The notes under the pieces are model-generated. The model worked only from the letters and a program-made list of their open reading frames with translations, made no database searches and was not told where the DNA came from. A stretch of DNA of 64,000 nucleotides, from NCBI GenBank assembly GCA_000165345.1, contig CM000434.1, positions 224,001 through 288,000 of the forward strand, written 5' to 3'. The position numbers were made by a program, and so were the translations under genes. Below, piece after piece: positions 54,644-64,000 of this stretch; positions within the stretch are counted from its first letter, which is position 1, and the number at the start of each line of letters is the position of its first letter.

Positions 54644-56470
54644 CTAGAGTCTATCAAAAGTAGAGTATAAACCAAGCAGACCATATGTCTGCAAACAGAC
54701 AACTTTTAGAATTTCTTCATTATTCTGAAATTTATGGAAATTGTTTTCTCCAAGTAAAAGTCGTTTTACCTGGATAAAACATTGCTTTGGTCTGTCCAAA
54801 GGATTATTATTTCTATTTCTGACAATAACTTCATTAGTCTTTAATATTTTGTCGTTTTCTCCGAATGAAAAATGCTTTACAAGCAAGAAATTGAAGAAAA
54901 CATTATCTCTGTAAAACATTTGTTTATTAGTATCATTAATTTCCTTCTGAATGACAATTTTTTGCACTTGTAAATCATCTTCTGAATAGAAGATGATCAT
55001 AGTTACAATTTCCAATTTTAAATTGAAAATTGGACTAGTCAGTTTTGGATCTGATTTATTAATAATTAAATTTAACATAAATCTGGTAAAGTCTGATTTA
55101 TAGTAGAGTCTCCTTTCTTGAATGTAATCAAATTTGGCAAAATATTGTTCAAAAACGTATTTCATTGAAGCAAAGTTAATGTAATTTCCAAAAAATGAAT
55201 GTAATTTGGAAATTCCATTTTTACCATTGATTATTTCAACAACTTTCTCGAGATTATCCTCCAAAGTTGAATAAACAACCAAATATTCATAAATTGCCAA
55301 GTATAAAAGCTTTGTTTTTGTGGGAGTAAAATAACTCTTCAATTCTTTATTTTCTGTTTGAATGAACCTATATGTTAAAGTTTCTGAAATATTGTACAAG
55401 GAAATTCCAGAAATTTCATTTTTAATTTTTAAGTTAATTTGATTTTCACTTCGAGTTGACCTAAGGGACTTTGATCTTGAACGAGAACTGGTTATTTCTG
55501 AATCACTTACTTCCTTAAGACCACGCATCTCCACCTTTTTGTTGTTAATTTCCTTTTCTGTTTCTCTTAATGCTTCCTTGAGCTCAGAATTAGAAAGATT
55601 TCGTTCCTCTATAGAATCATAGCTTATAATAGACTCACTTTCATTTTTTAAGGCTTCCAATATTTCATCAAAAATTGAAGCTTTATCATTTATTTCAATT
55701 TTGAAGCTGATATTGTCATCTTTAGATTGAACAATTTCTGTGATATTAAATCCGTCCAATTTTGAAGAATTATTATTTTCAAATAATTCTTCAAAGTTAT
55801 TCTGGATTTCAGCTTCTAATTCCTTAAATTTACTTTTCTTTTTTCCACAGCAAGATGATTTTTTTTCTTCAGTGTTATCCACTAATTTTTCTAATACTTC
55901 TAAATCTGTCCCATCAGGTTTTTGAAGAGGAATCTCACAGTTTTCTGAGGCTTTATTTGCATCTCCCTGATCAACATCAAATAAGAACTCTGATTCAGAT
56001 TTTACTTCACTTCTTTGCATCAGTCTTCTGCTGGATGGCTGCTGCTGGAATTCGTAGCTTCCAGATTTTAATTCAATACAATTATCTTTTAAAAATGCTA
56101 TATCATTGACTTTACTTTTTATGATATAATCAATAACTTCATTCTTACAAAAAAATAGCATCTTTTCTTTGTTACCCAATAAATCACCTACCAATTCTTC
56201 AATTTTCTCGTTTGCCATGATTACAATGAAGTTGAAAGTTGAGTTTTCGATAGGTAAAGGCTCGTGACCAGATTTTTCTGTTCCATTGGACACACGTTCT
56301 GTTAGTGAGACAGCTATCTTCTCATAATCATAGAAATCTTCGCCAGATATTAAACTTTTCTTGGAAATTACATTATTAATCTTATGTGCAGTAACATTTG
56401 TAAGTGATAAACTAGAAAGTACACTAAATAATAAACCCAAAATGAAAAATTTGAATACCTTAAATCTCAT
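54644..56470 (-). CDS. Secreted hypothetical protein, 608 aa
   Basis: The N-terminus is a signal peptide (MRFKVFKFFILGLLFSVLSSLSLT). The ATG is confirmed. A TTGGCGGGTAACGATTGTGTG box at 56551 lies about 80 bp upstream on the gene strand. Confidence 0.6.
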   Translation of the reverse strand: MRFKVFKFFILGLLFSVLSSLSLTNVTAHKINNVISKKSLISGEDFYDYEKIAVSLTERVSNGTEKSGHEPLPIENSTFNFIVIMANEKIEELVGDLLGNKEKMLFFCKNEVIDYIIKSKVNDIAFLKDNCIELKSGSYEFQQQPSSRRLMQRSEVKSESEFLFDVDQGDANKASENCEIPLQKPDGTDLEVLEKLVDNTEEKKSSCCGKKKSKFKELEAEIQNNFEELFENNNSSKLDGFNITEIVQSKDDNISFKIEINDKASIFDEILEALKNESESIISYDSIEERNLSNSELKEALRETEKEINNKKVEMRGLKEVSDSEITSSRSRSKSLRSTRSENQINLKIKNEISGISLYNISETLTYRFIQTENKELKSYFTPTKTKLLYLAIYEYLVVYSTLEDNLEKVVEIINGKNGISKLHSFFGNYINFASMKYVFEQYFAKFDYIQERRLYYKSDFTRFMLNLIINKSDPKLTSPIFNLKLEIVTMIIFYSEDDLQVQKIVIQKEINDTNKQMFYRDNVFFNFLLVKHFSFGENDKILKTNEVIVRNRNNNPLDRPKQCFIQVKRLLLGENNFHKFQNNEEILKVVCLQTYGLLGLYSTFDRL

Positions 56471-56920
56471 ACCTAGAATATATTTACCGTTTAGAATAAC
56501 AATTCATTAATTTATAATGATAGATATCTAAGACAACTTTGTGGGTATACCAGCAAATATTGGCGGGTAACGATTGTGTGTTATTTGCCAAATCTAATTC
56601 AAATCCAACAAAAGAGATAAAATAGTCAATAGACAAACAGAAAATTAATAATCTAAAGCCTATGATTAATGATAAGAGCAATAAAAAAATGTAGAATTCC
56701 AAATACTTCAGCGAAAAATTTAAGGAAAGAAACTTTCAAATGCCCATATTCTTGACAATGTGGAACAAATTAATCAAATCACAAATTCTAAGAAAAAAGT
56801 TACCAAAGAAGAATTGGTTTGAAAAAATATCAACGAGGATAAATCCAAACAAAACCAATTGCTCTTCACAAAAAAATATTTTTTAGAAAAATGTTTGTCT
56901 TTATTTTATTCATTTTGCAA

Positions 56921-59143
56921 TTACAACATTCCAAACTGGTTTTGATTGTTCAATAGAAATTGACCATAAAGTAGAGATTGATTATTGTTAACGCTTTGCA
57001 AAAAGGCTGAACTGTCAAAAAAGTTATTCAAGCTCGGCTGTCTAAAATTAAGGCTATGTTTTAAGTTATCTGCAGTCATTGGCTGTACGAAAGGGATCCC
57101 TTCATTATAGTTAATGCTAGATAAAGTTTGATAGCCAGACCTTAGAACACCATTATTGATGATCTGCTTGATTTGCTGGGAAACTGAAATAAATTCAGTC
57201 AGTTCAGTTAAACTAAAACTGTCCATCTTTTCACGCAGCGTTGAATCAAGAAGATTTTTTGCTGTCTTTTTACCCTCATCCTCGATAAAAGATTTGCCAT
57301 CGCTTAATGGCGATTCATGATAAGCTTCATTGTTTATTGCCATAACCTTTTGAAGAACAGCTATGCTGTTTGAGATTGTTGGACGTATTTGGGACACGTC
57401 ACAATTGAATTTAAATACGTTCAGTTTGCATGCGAGAACTAATGTTAGTGATTCAATCTCACCAAATTCCATCGAACCAAAAAATTTCTCTGCATATCCG
57501 TCGAGGCATAATTTCCAGCCTTTGTTGCGATTATCATAGTAAATTCCCTTCCACAGGCCCTCAGAGTCAGATAGGGCATTGCTTATGATATCTTTGAGCA
57601 TCAGCTGGGAGTCATTGTTATAAGAAACAATTCCCATACTCGGATTAATAATTGGAGTGGAAGGAACAATATTTGGAGAATTTACACAAGTCGTAAAATT
57701 CGTTCCATATTGTTGAGCTGGTGGTTGAGGAGTAGCTACCTTAGAGAAACAATGGATTGGAAGTCCCGTTGTTCCCTGTAAATTAACTGCGTTCCTAACA
57801 TTCATCATGGTACTTGCGAATAAATTATTCGCAATAATTTGATTCACAAGAATGTTATTAAGGATATTGTTAGTTATGTAATGAGAGAGTAATTGACTGT
57901 TGACATCTAAGTCTCCCTGAGAGGGAAACGATAATAGATTATTTAAATTTCCATTTAAAGGAACGGAGTCAGTGTTAAGTGGTTTGAATGATCCATCGAT
58001 ATAATTGTTGCATATCCTACTATTCGAACTAATATTCTTAAAAATATTGGTTCCATTTACAGAAGCACTATCGGTAATCTGGCTTTCAAGGCTCTTTTGT
58101 CCAGAAATTTGTCGTTCAAACAACTCATTCTGGCCGTCCTTTGAAAGGATTGGAGATACCTGATTATCGGATTTTCCATCTAATCTACGAGAGTTCTCAG
58201 AATTCCTGGCTGATTTTGAATCATTCCCAAAGTTTCCAATAATGTTAACTTGATAGAACCTAAGAGCCATTTCATACGACTTTTCAACTCCATATCTTTT
58301 TGCGGAGAAATACCTTGAAATTTCGGTTTGTCTTTTGCGAATACGTACCTGCCAACCATGATTCCTCCGGTCATAGTATATTCCTTTGAGAGATAGGCTA
58401 CGAAAGCCTTTGTTTGTAAGGCTAATTGCCTTGTCAAGATCCTGTGCGCTAATTCCTCCACTATTACTACTGCTACTCGCCCCTACTCCACCATGAGAAC
58501 TGCTACCACTAAGTTTGTTCTTACTAGTCCTTACAGCCCTTTCTCTTTTGGTTTGGAGAGGTTTCTGTACGGAACTATCGGATATAGTCGTTTTAATGAT
58601 ACCAGTTAGATGTTCCTCATCAATAGTTTGAATTAACGATGAACTAGACTGAGAAGTAGGGAATGCGTCAGTCATAGAGGAAGAAGAAACGGTGGATGAG
58701 CCTGAACTGGATAATTCCGTAAAATCTGTCGGGTTCAGTTCTTCTGACAAACCACCATTATATCCAGAACTGATAAGCTCTTCCTCATTAGATTTATTCT
58801 GATCTAACCTAAAATCAGAGCCTATAGATTCAAGCAGTTCTGTTAAATTTGGATTGTTAGTTTGAACTTCGGGTGTGGTTTGATAAGGAATTCGGTTTGC
58901 GAAAGCTATCATCGAATGTTGTAAATACGGAAGATTTGGGTTCAAAGCTACCGGAAGTTTATTCAAGGTCTGCTGTAAATACGGATTGAGATCGTTACTG
59001 AGGGATATGTTTGGAGAGCTACCTGTATTAGCTATTCTATTTGATGCAGCGAATGATGATGCTGAACTTGATGAGCTGCTTGTTCCACAATTGATACTTG
59101 GTAAATAGCCGTTGTAAAAATGTTGCATTCTCTGGAATCCCAT
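56921..59143 (-). CDS. ApiAP2 transcription factor with two AP2 DNA-binding domains, 740 aa
   Basis: AP2 domain 1 is KGIYYDRRNHGWQVRIRKRQTEISRYFSAKRYGVEKSYEMALRFYQ (DNA about 58250-58410). AP2 domain 2 is KGIYYDNRNKGWKLCLDGYAEKFFGSMEFGEIESLTLVLACKLN (DNA about 57405-57560). Both follow the apicomplexan AP2 pattern GV.YD...W.A.W....R.F....G.E.A...A. The remainder is low-complexity S/N-rich sequence. Confidence 0.8.
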   Translation of the reverse strand: MGFQRMQHFYNGYLPSINCGTSSSSSSASSFAASNRIANTGSSPNISLSNDLNPYLQQTLNKLPVALNPNLPYLQHSMIAFANRIPYQTTPEVQTNNPNLTELLESIGSDFRLDQNKSNEEELISSGYNGGLSEELNPTDFTELSSSGSSTVSSSSMTDAFPTSQSSSSLIQTIDEEHLTGIIKTTISDSSVQKPLQTKRERAVRTSKNKLSGSSSHGGVGASSSSNSGGISAQDLDKAISLTNKGFRSLSLKGIYYDRRNHGWQVRIRKRQTEISRYFSAKRYGVEKSYEMALRFYQVNIIGNFGNDSKSARNSENSRRLDGKSDNQVSPILSKDGQNELFERQISGQKSLESQITDSASVNGTNIFKNISSNSRICNNYIDGSFKPLNTDSVPLNGNLNNLLSFPSQGDLDVNSQLLSHYITNNILNNILVNQIIANNLFASTMMNVRNAVNLQGTTGLPIHCFSKVATPQPPAQQYGTNFTTCVNSPNIVPSTPIINPSMGIVSYNNDSQLMLKDIISNALSDSEGLWKGIYYDNRNKGWKLCLDGYAEKFFGSMEFGEIESLTLVLACKLNVFKFNCDVSQIRPTISNSIAVLQKVMAINNEAYHESPLSDGKSFIEDEGKKTAKNLLDSTLREKMDSFSLTELTEFISVSQQIKQIINNGVLRSGYQTLSSINYNEGIPFVQPMTADNLKHSLNFRQPSLNNFFDSSAFLQSVNNNQSLLYGQFLLNNQNQFGML

Positions 59144-59431
59144 AAACTATCAGTTCCCTTGTATATCTAGGGCAAAATTCTATTGAGAATCTTTAATTCT
59201 CCCCTAAATCCTTGAAGTATTCTTTTTATATCTTCTTAATACCCTAAAATCCCTGATTCATTAGGAGCGTTGACTAACTCACAGTTTTGTAAAGATGAAT
59301 AGCCCAATCACACTTCAATTTGTGCCATACTCTTTCTTCTTATTTCAATTCTTTGATTTTTATCTATTATTGCAATTTTAACTGTTATTTTATCCTCCTC
59401 CAAGATCTTAACAAATTAATGATAAAATGTT

Positions 59432-59535
59432 AGGCGGGCTGTCTGAGTCTACACAAATGTCGAGTTATAAGTGTGAGGCATTTTTTTTTGAGGGGGCTTT
59501 TCATGTCCAAATTGTAGCTGTTAGCCCGCCTAAAA
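59432..59535. promoter_or_regulatory. Inverted pair of GC boxes, TTAGGCGGGCT ... AGCCCGCCTAA, about 90 bp apart and 100-200 bp upstream of the ATG at 59641
   Basis: ttaggcgggctgtctgag at 59432 and gttagcccgcctaaaaaatc at 59521 are exact reverse complements over 10 nt. Confidence 0.45.
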
Positions 59536-59640
59536 AATCTCAAATATTGAGTTTCCTCGTAAATGTGGAATTATATGCCAGTTTACCATTAATTGCCGAA
59601 AGGTAACTATCCTGATACGTTTATTTCTTTGATCCAAGTG

Positions 59641-60876
59641 ATGCGGATCAAAGATCGCTTTTTAATCTGTATCATCCCACTTCTCCTTATATTTGGAGCT
59701 GGCCTATATAAAAATAGAAATGCTTCTGATTTTGAGATATTTTCAAGGCGGTATTGGGACTTTACGAGGTAAGCAATTGTAAGGCACATTTTTTGTTCCG
59801 ATTATATTAAATTAATGTAATAAATTTATAGGTTTATCTCAAATGATTTCAGTTCTACATATTATCACTTTCTAATTGGCCTAACAGTGATCGTTAATAG
59901 AGGTTTAATTGGCGGAGACGAATTAGTTTCGAATGCATTTGAATTCTTAGGTTCAAAAAATATTTTAATTAAAACAATTGGGTTTTGGGATGTATCTCCT
60001 CCCGGAACTCCTACTCTCACCATTTTGTTCTTAATACTGACTTTATGCAAGCTTTATTCAACTCTCACAAATTTGAATCGTTCGGGGTGTTATCGAGGAT
60101 GCAAGTTTCAGAACAAAGATGCAATAATCGAAAATTTGGATCATGACTTGGGAAGGATTGTCAAAGTAATGGCAAAAGGCAAACATAATAAGTCTCTAAA
60201 GGGCGAAAGAGTGGGAGTAGTCGATATAGGAGGGAGTTTTTTAACAAAAGAAATCTTAAGACTAGAAAATTCGATCAATACACTCTCCCATATTTCTTCA
60301 GAAATAACTGAGTCACTTTACAATTTTATTTCTGCATTTCACTTCAATCAGGCAGACTTCCCTGACTCAAATGAGTTCTCTAATTTAAGATCAGAAGCTG
60401 TTGTAAATAAACTACAAGGAAGTCTAAATGCTATGCAGAATAACAACGCAAATCATGACTACAATGACCAAGTACAATCTTCGAACCTATACTCTAATAT
60501 TTTTTCGGTTCAAAGCACACACAATCCCGCCTCTTGCGTAAATGCGCAATTTTCCACGCATTTTAAAAACGGGAAATCAATTGAGAACCAGATACATGGT
60601 AACGGTTATTTGGATGAACAGAGACACCAGGAACAGTTTAACTCGGAAGCTCCAAAAGTACAGTCTTCCGGAAATGAATACAGCGTTCCAACACAAATCC
60701 CCAACATTGAAGCCAACAATGCAATAAGTAATCCTGAATTATATATAGATGATACACTTTTACAAGGTAAAGACACGAACTTCGATGATGCAAGCCGCAT
60801 CGAATATAATGGGGGAACCCCGAATGCGAGCACAACATACGAATTCAATTCTAACATTTACTCGAGCTTAATATAG
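59641..60876 (+). CDS. Hypothetical multi-pass membrane protein. Proposed two-exon model: join(59641..59768,59832..60876), with the track's GTG-start ORF 59887 being internal
   Basis: Exon 1 (ATG CGG ATC AAA GAT CGC TTT TTA ATC TGT ATC ATC CCA CTT CTC CTT ATA TTT GGA GCT...ACG AG) encodes MRIKDRFLICIIPLLLIFGAGLY..., a signal anchor or TM segment. It ends at donor AG|GTAAGC at 59769. The acceptor TTTATAG|G at 59831 (or alternatively TTTCAG| at 59852, in the same frame) continues in phase 2 into ...FISNDFSSTYYHFLIGLTVIVNRGLIGGDE... That reading is stop-free and in frame with ORF 59887..60876. If no intron exists, the first ATG is 60169. Confidence 0.45.
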
Positions 60877-61009
60877 TATAAAGATTTCAAATACCCAATA
60901 TAGAACTGTATTTGTAGATAAGTAGCATTTATAAATGTAATAATTAATATAATTTATTTAGAAAAATGATTCCTGTGTAGATTTACTATCGCAACAGAGT
61001 AACCCAAAA

Positions 61010-63136
61010 TTACTTTTCTTTTGGCTTGCATACTGGAGTACTAATTGCTGAGGTCTGGACATCATTTTGATTATCCACGTTATTAGTGTTTGTTTCAGAA
61101 GCAACTGAATTGTTTAAGTTGAATGAGTCAATTTTATTTGTATTCTTATCTGATATAAAACTGTGGGTATTATTAAACTGTTGAGAAGCTAAGAAAGACG
61201 ACCAGAACATTGGAAATAAGGCATTCCCTATATTTGAAGCGAATCCAAAATTCGCACTATCTATTCCGGCATATCCGGTGAGGTTGGACTTACTAGCCTC
61301 ATTAGAGGGCATGAAAGATTCCGGATGGACATTACCACAGCCTGAACTTAGAACAGCTTCTGAACTACCATCCTGAAGGAGTCGAATAAATAAAGGAAGA
61401 TCATTTTTTGTTTTATCAAATGTATTTTGGACATTGGAAATAGGTTGCATAAGCCCTAGCCCTTTAGAAGATACCAATCCATTTTCTGATAAACTTCCAT
61501 TATTAATGCATGCGGCGTCTAATGCAGATCTTAGAGCAGCTGAAAACATATCTTGATTAAGGAACTTAATGCAAGATATTGCATGTAAAATTTCAGTTTG
61601 GAGTTTGGTACTAAGGGATCTAAAGTTAAGTAGTAGTGAAAGCTCGAGAGAATCTTTAGCGAAGTTTGAGTTAATATTCGAGCAAGGGACATGATTCTGA
61701 GAAAAAATGGAATTTTGGTCAAATGCTTGCCCTGGGTTTATTACACTACTTCCATTAATTGTCGCTGGGCTTGCGATATTTCCAACTGTTTTTCCATTCT
61801 CTGAGCCTGTTGTAATCTGTGTATCTTTGTTAACTTGTTTCAAAATTTGGTTCCCAAAAGAAACCAGGCCAGGATAGGTTTGAGCAAGATTCTTAAGCTC
61901 CATATCTTTGCTTGATTCTAATAAATGGCCAACATCATCCTTCATGTTTTGGCTAGTTTTTAGGTGTTTATCAATCCCCTTAGGATGCTTACGTTCATTA
62001 GGGGGGCTTGCTGCAATATTCATCTCAGCAACTGAATTAAAAGAATAGTCTTTTCTGATGTCTTCTGTTGCGAGGGACTCAGTATGGTCTTCAAAGAGGG
62101 CCATTCCTATTGGTAGGTCAGATCCATCTTTTTGTAGATGCACTGTGTGGAGTTTAATGAGCTTAGACAAGTGGGTGGAATTTATCAGAATTTGATGGCG
62201 GCTATTGAATGCATTGGTTCTCATTCTAGCGGAGTAGAATTGTTTCCATTGTGAGTCAGGCTTATTTGATTTGGCATATAAGATATAGAAGCCATTGTAC
62301 TTAAGGTCAAAACCGTTTTCGGTAATATAGGTAAAATCCTGGATATCGGAAACACTCAAATTCCGCCACTTCATGACCAGTCGCGAAAGAGGGTCACTCC
62401 CTCCCCCTCTATATCCGCCTCCGACCTTGTTCCCGTCATAGTTTAAAGGAGTGACTATATAAATGTTTCGTGTTCTATTTACTAGTGGTGGAGCATGGGG
62501 AGCTTTAGAGCAACCCAGTAGATCTTTAGATATACTCGATTTAGAAAAAACTACTCTATCAGAATCTACAGGTTGCCAATCACCTACATGGCAATTTAGG
62601 AGTGGAATACGGTACTGAACCTCTTCATTTTGTGGAATTTCAAGAGTATTACTTTCATAGAGATGCACTAAAAGTCTTGCAGCCGAAATAAGGCCCACAA
62701 GCTTTATTTGGTTAGATGACCCAATAATTAATCTCCTATAGATGGAGTCTGTTAATCTCTGAAAAAACGGTCTTTCAGTGAAGATCTGGCTACGAGTTGA
62801 AGCATTTTCATCAATTTTCAAGGAATTTTCAACTTTACGCAATTTAATTCCAGAGTCTGAGTTTTGTTTCTTCTTTCTAGTTGAAAGAGCCTTAGCAATC
62901 ATTTCATCCACAAAACCAATGTCATTACTCTCATTCTCCTTTTTAGATTCAGTTTCTGGGATCTCTTCCCTCATCCCAATTTGCAAATTCGGCTTTGATG
63001 CTTCCTGTTTCTCCCCTGAATTGTCTGTAGTGTTCTCTTCCAGTATTTTGTTTCCATTAATTTCTAATCTATTTTTTGTATTTGAAGCTTTCTGTTTCGA
63101 ATCCAATTCTATTCCATTCACTGATTCATTTCTCAT
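61010..63136 (-). CDS. Hypothetical protein with a conserved-looking globular core and low-complexity N/S-rich flanks, 708 aa
   Basis: A long ORF with a confirmed ATG. I recognise no domain. A GC box at 63596 (atgccgcctaatc) lies upstream. Confidence 0.55.
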   Translation of the reverse strand: MRNESVNGIELDSKQKASNTKNRLEINGNKILEENTTDNSGEKQEASKPNLQIGMREEIPETESKKENESNDIGFVDEMIAKALSTRKKKQNSDSGIKLRKVENSLKIDENASTRSQIFTERPFFQRLTDSIYRRLIIGSSNQIKLVGLISAARLLVHLYESNTLEIPQNEEVQYRIPLLNCHVGDWQPVDSDRVVFSKSSISKDLLGCSKAPHAPPLVNRTRNIYIVTPLNYDGNKVGGGYRGGGSDPLSRLVMKWRNLSVSDIQDFTYITENGFDLKYNGFYILYAKSNKPDSQWKQFYSARMRTNAFNSRHQILINSTHLSKLIKLHTVHLQKDGSDLPIGMALFEDHTESLATEDIRKDYSFNSVAEMNIAASPPNERKHPKGIDKHLKTSQNMKDDVGHLLESSKDMELKNLAQTYPGLVSFGNQILKQVNKDTQITTGSENGKTVGNIASPATINGSSVINPGQAFDQNSIFSQNHVPCSNINSNFAKDSLELSLLLNFRSLSTKLQTEILHAISCIKFLNQDMFSAALRSALDAACINNGSLSENGLVSSKGLGLMQPISNVQNTFDKTKNDLPLFIRLLQDGSSEAVLSSGCGNVHPESFMPSNEASKSNLTGYAGIDSANFGFASNIGNALFPMFWSSFLASQQFNNTHSFISDKNTNKIDSFNLNNSVASETNTNNVDNQNDVQTSAISTPVCKPKEK

Positions 63137-63797
63137 ATTATCAACATTGATGCAAACCTACTCAATTGCCGATATATTACTTGAAATGAATCATGAAGAT
63201 ATAAAGCAGCCCTATATTATACTGTACTATTCATATAGTGAGATTTCCCAAAGCTTTACAAGTAAAGCCTTCCGAGATACCCCTTCAATTGAAGTATCTA
63301 TTGAGAATAAATTTTTGAAAAGTAAATTCCAAAAGTATTAGGTGCACACTATTCATTTCAAATTATCATTAAAGTTGCCACGACATTGCAACATAATCTA
63401 TCTTAACCTTTGTAATTTGTATTAACTAAATTAATTAACAATTATTCACCTACGCCTCGTCTTGTCAAATATTAGCTATTATTTAATAATTTGAATTTAT
63501 TAATATTGAAAAATTTATGTTATATATTCTAAGACGCAAAGTTTAAAAAGCATGATTTATTTATTAAATACATTACTCTGTTGAGGGGCAATGATGCCGC
63601 CTAATCTATTTTTTCATTTAGTCTTTAATTACATGTAACTACAATAATTAAGATTGATAAAAATTTCGATTATGGGAATAATTTCTAAGTTAAGAGGCTA
63701 ATATAATTCTAGAGTACGCCATTTTCTATTAAATATTGTGAGCTCTACACTTTAGCATCGAAAAGTTTGCTCGAAATTCGAATTTTGCATTTGACAA

Positions 63798-64000
63798 TTA
63801 TTTATCGAAAATAATATCTCCACGGCTGGGGTCATGCTCTTGTATTGCCTCCTCAACTACCGTTTCTGGTGCATCCAGATCTTCTTCTGGTATAAAGTTT
63901 TGCCAGTGGGTTGATGTAATTCCATAGCTCAACATTAGAAATGACAAAGGTTCTTCTTGCTCTGATTTGTAAAGCAACGAAAGAAGAGATTTTGATATCC
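63798..64000 (-). CDS. 3' end of a gene that continues beyond the window edge (C-terminal fragment)
   Basis: The minus-strand frame is open from the window edge and ends ...EEDLDAPETVVEEAIQEHDPSRGDIIFDK, with a stop TAA whose complement is at 63798-63800. Confidence 0.35.
   Translation of the reverse strand, partial: ISKSLLSLLYKSEQEEPLSFLMLSYGITSTHWQNFIPEEDLDAPETVVEEAIQEHDPSRGDIIFDK

Noticed and set aside
58180-58461. 93-aa minus-strand ORF within the ApiAP2 gene
   Set aside because: It is an alternate frame of the AP2 gene and overlaps AP2 domain 1.

Overview
This is a compact, AT-rich, intron-poor eukaryotic nuclear locus, not a prokaryotic one. Several genes carry spliceosomal GT-AG introns, two Pol III tRNA genes are followed by T-runs, and E2F-like GGCGGG/CCCGCC and GCATGCA boxes recur upstream of nearly every ORF, a pattern typical of Cryptosporidium. 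The ORF at 42434..43408(-) matches, from memory, the C. parvum gp60 (gp40/15) mucin antigen. It has a signal peptide, a TCA/TCG poly-Ser repeat, an RSRR furin site and a GPI-anchor signal. I therefore read the window as a C. parvum chromosome-6-like gp60 locus. It contains roughly 33 protein-coding genes, about one per 1.9 kb, on both strands. Identified products are glycogen debranching enzyme, a UfSP2-like protease, proteasome Rpt6, Dim1, Pescadillo, a Sec14-like protein, CysRS, a degenerate protein kinase, a SET-domain protein, U1-70K, PP2C, an eIF4E-like protein, Rpr2, mitosomal IscU, EMC4, gp60, a DnaJ protein and a two-AP2-domain ApiAP2 factor. The rest are secreted, low-complexity or hypothetical proteins. 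Several six-frame ORF starts are GTG/TTG artefacts and I have moved them to the first in-frame ATG. Gene models the ORF track missed are a CysRS 3' exon beyond a 455-nt intron, a 4-exon kinase, a 3-exon Rpt6 and a probable 5' signal-anchor exon for the ORF at 59887. There are no CRISPR arrays, mobile elements or prokaryotic defence systems, and the genome is a well-studied reference, so findings are modest. The main ones are a Leu(CAG)-like tRNA lacking the long variable arm, an apparent pseudokinase, a CBM48 glycogen-binding module embedded in the debranching enzyme, a cluster of signal-peptide proteins beside gp60, duplicated composite promoter modules, and a GC-rich island spanning EMC4 and gp60.
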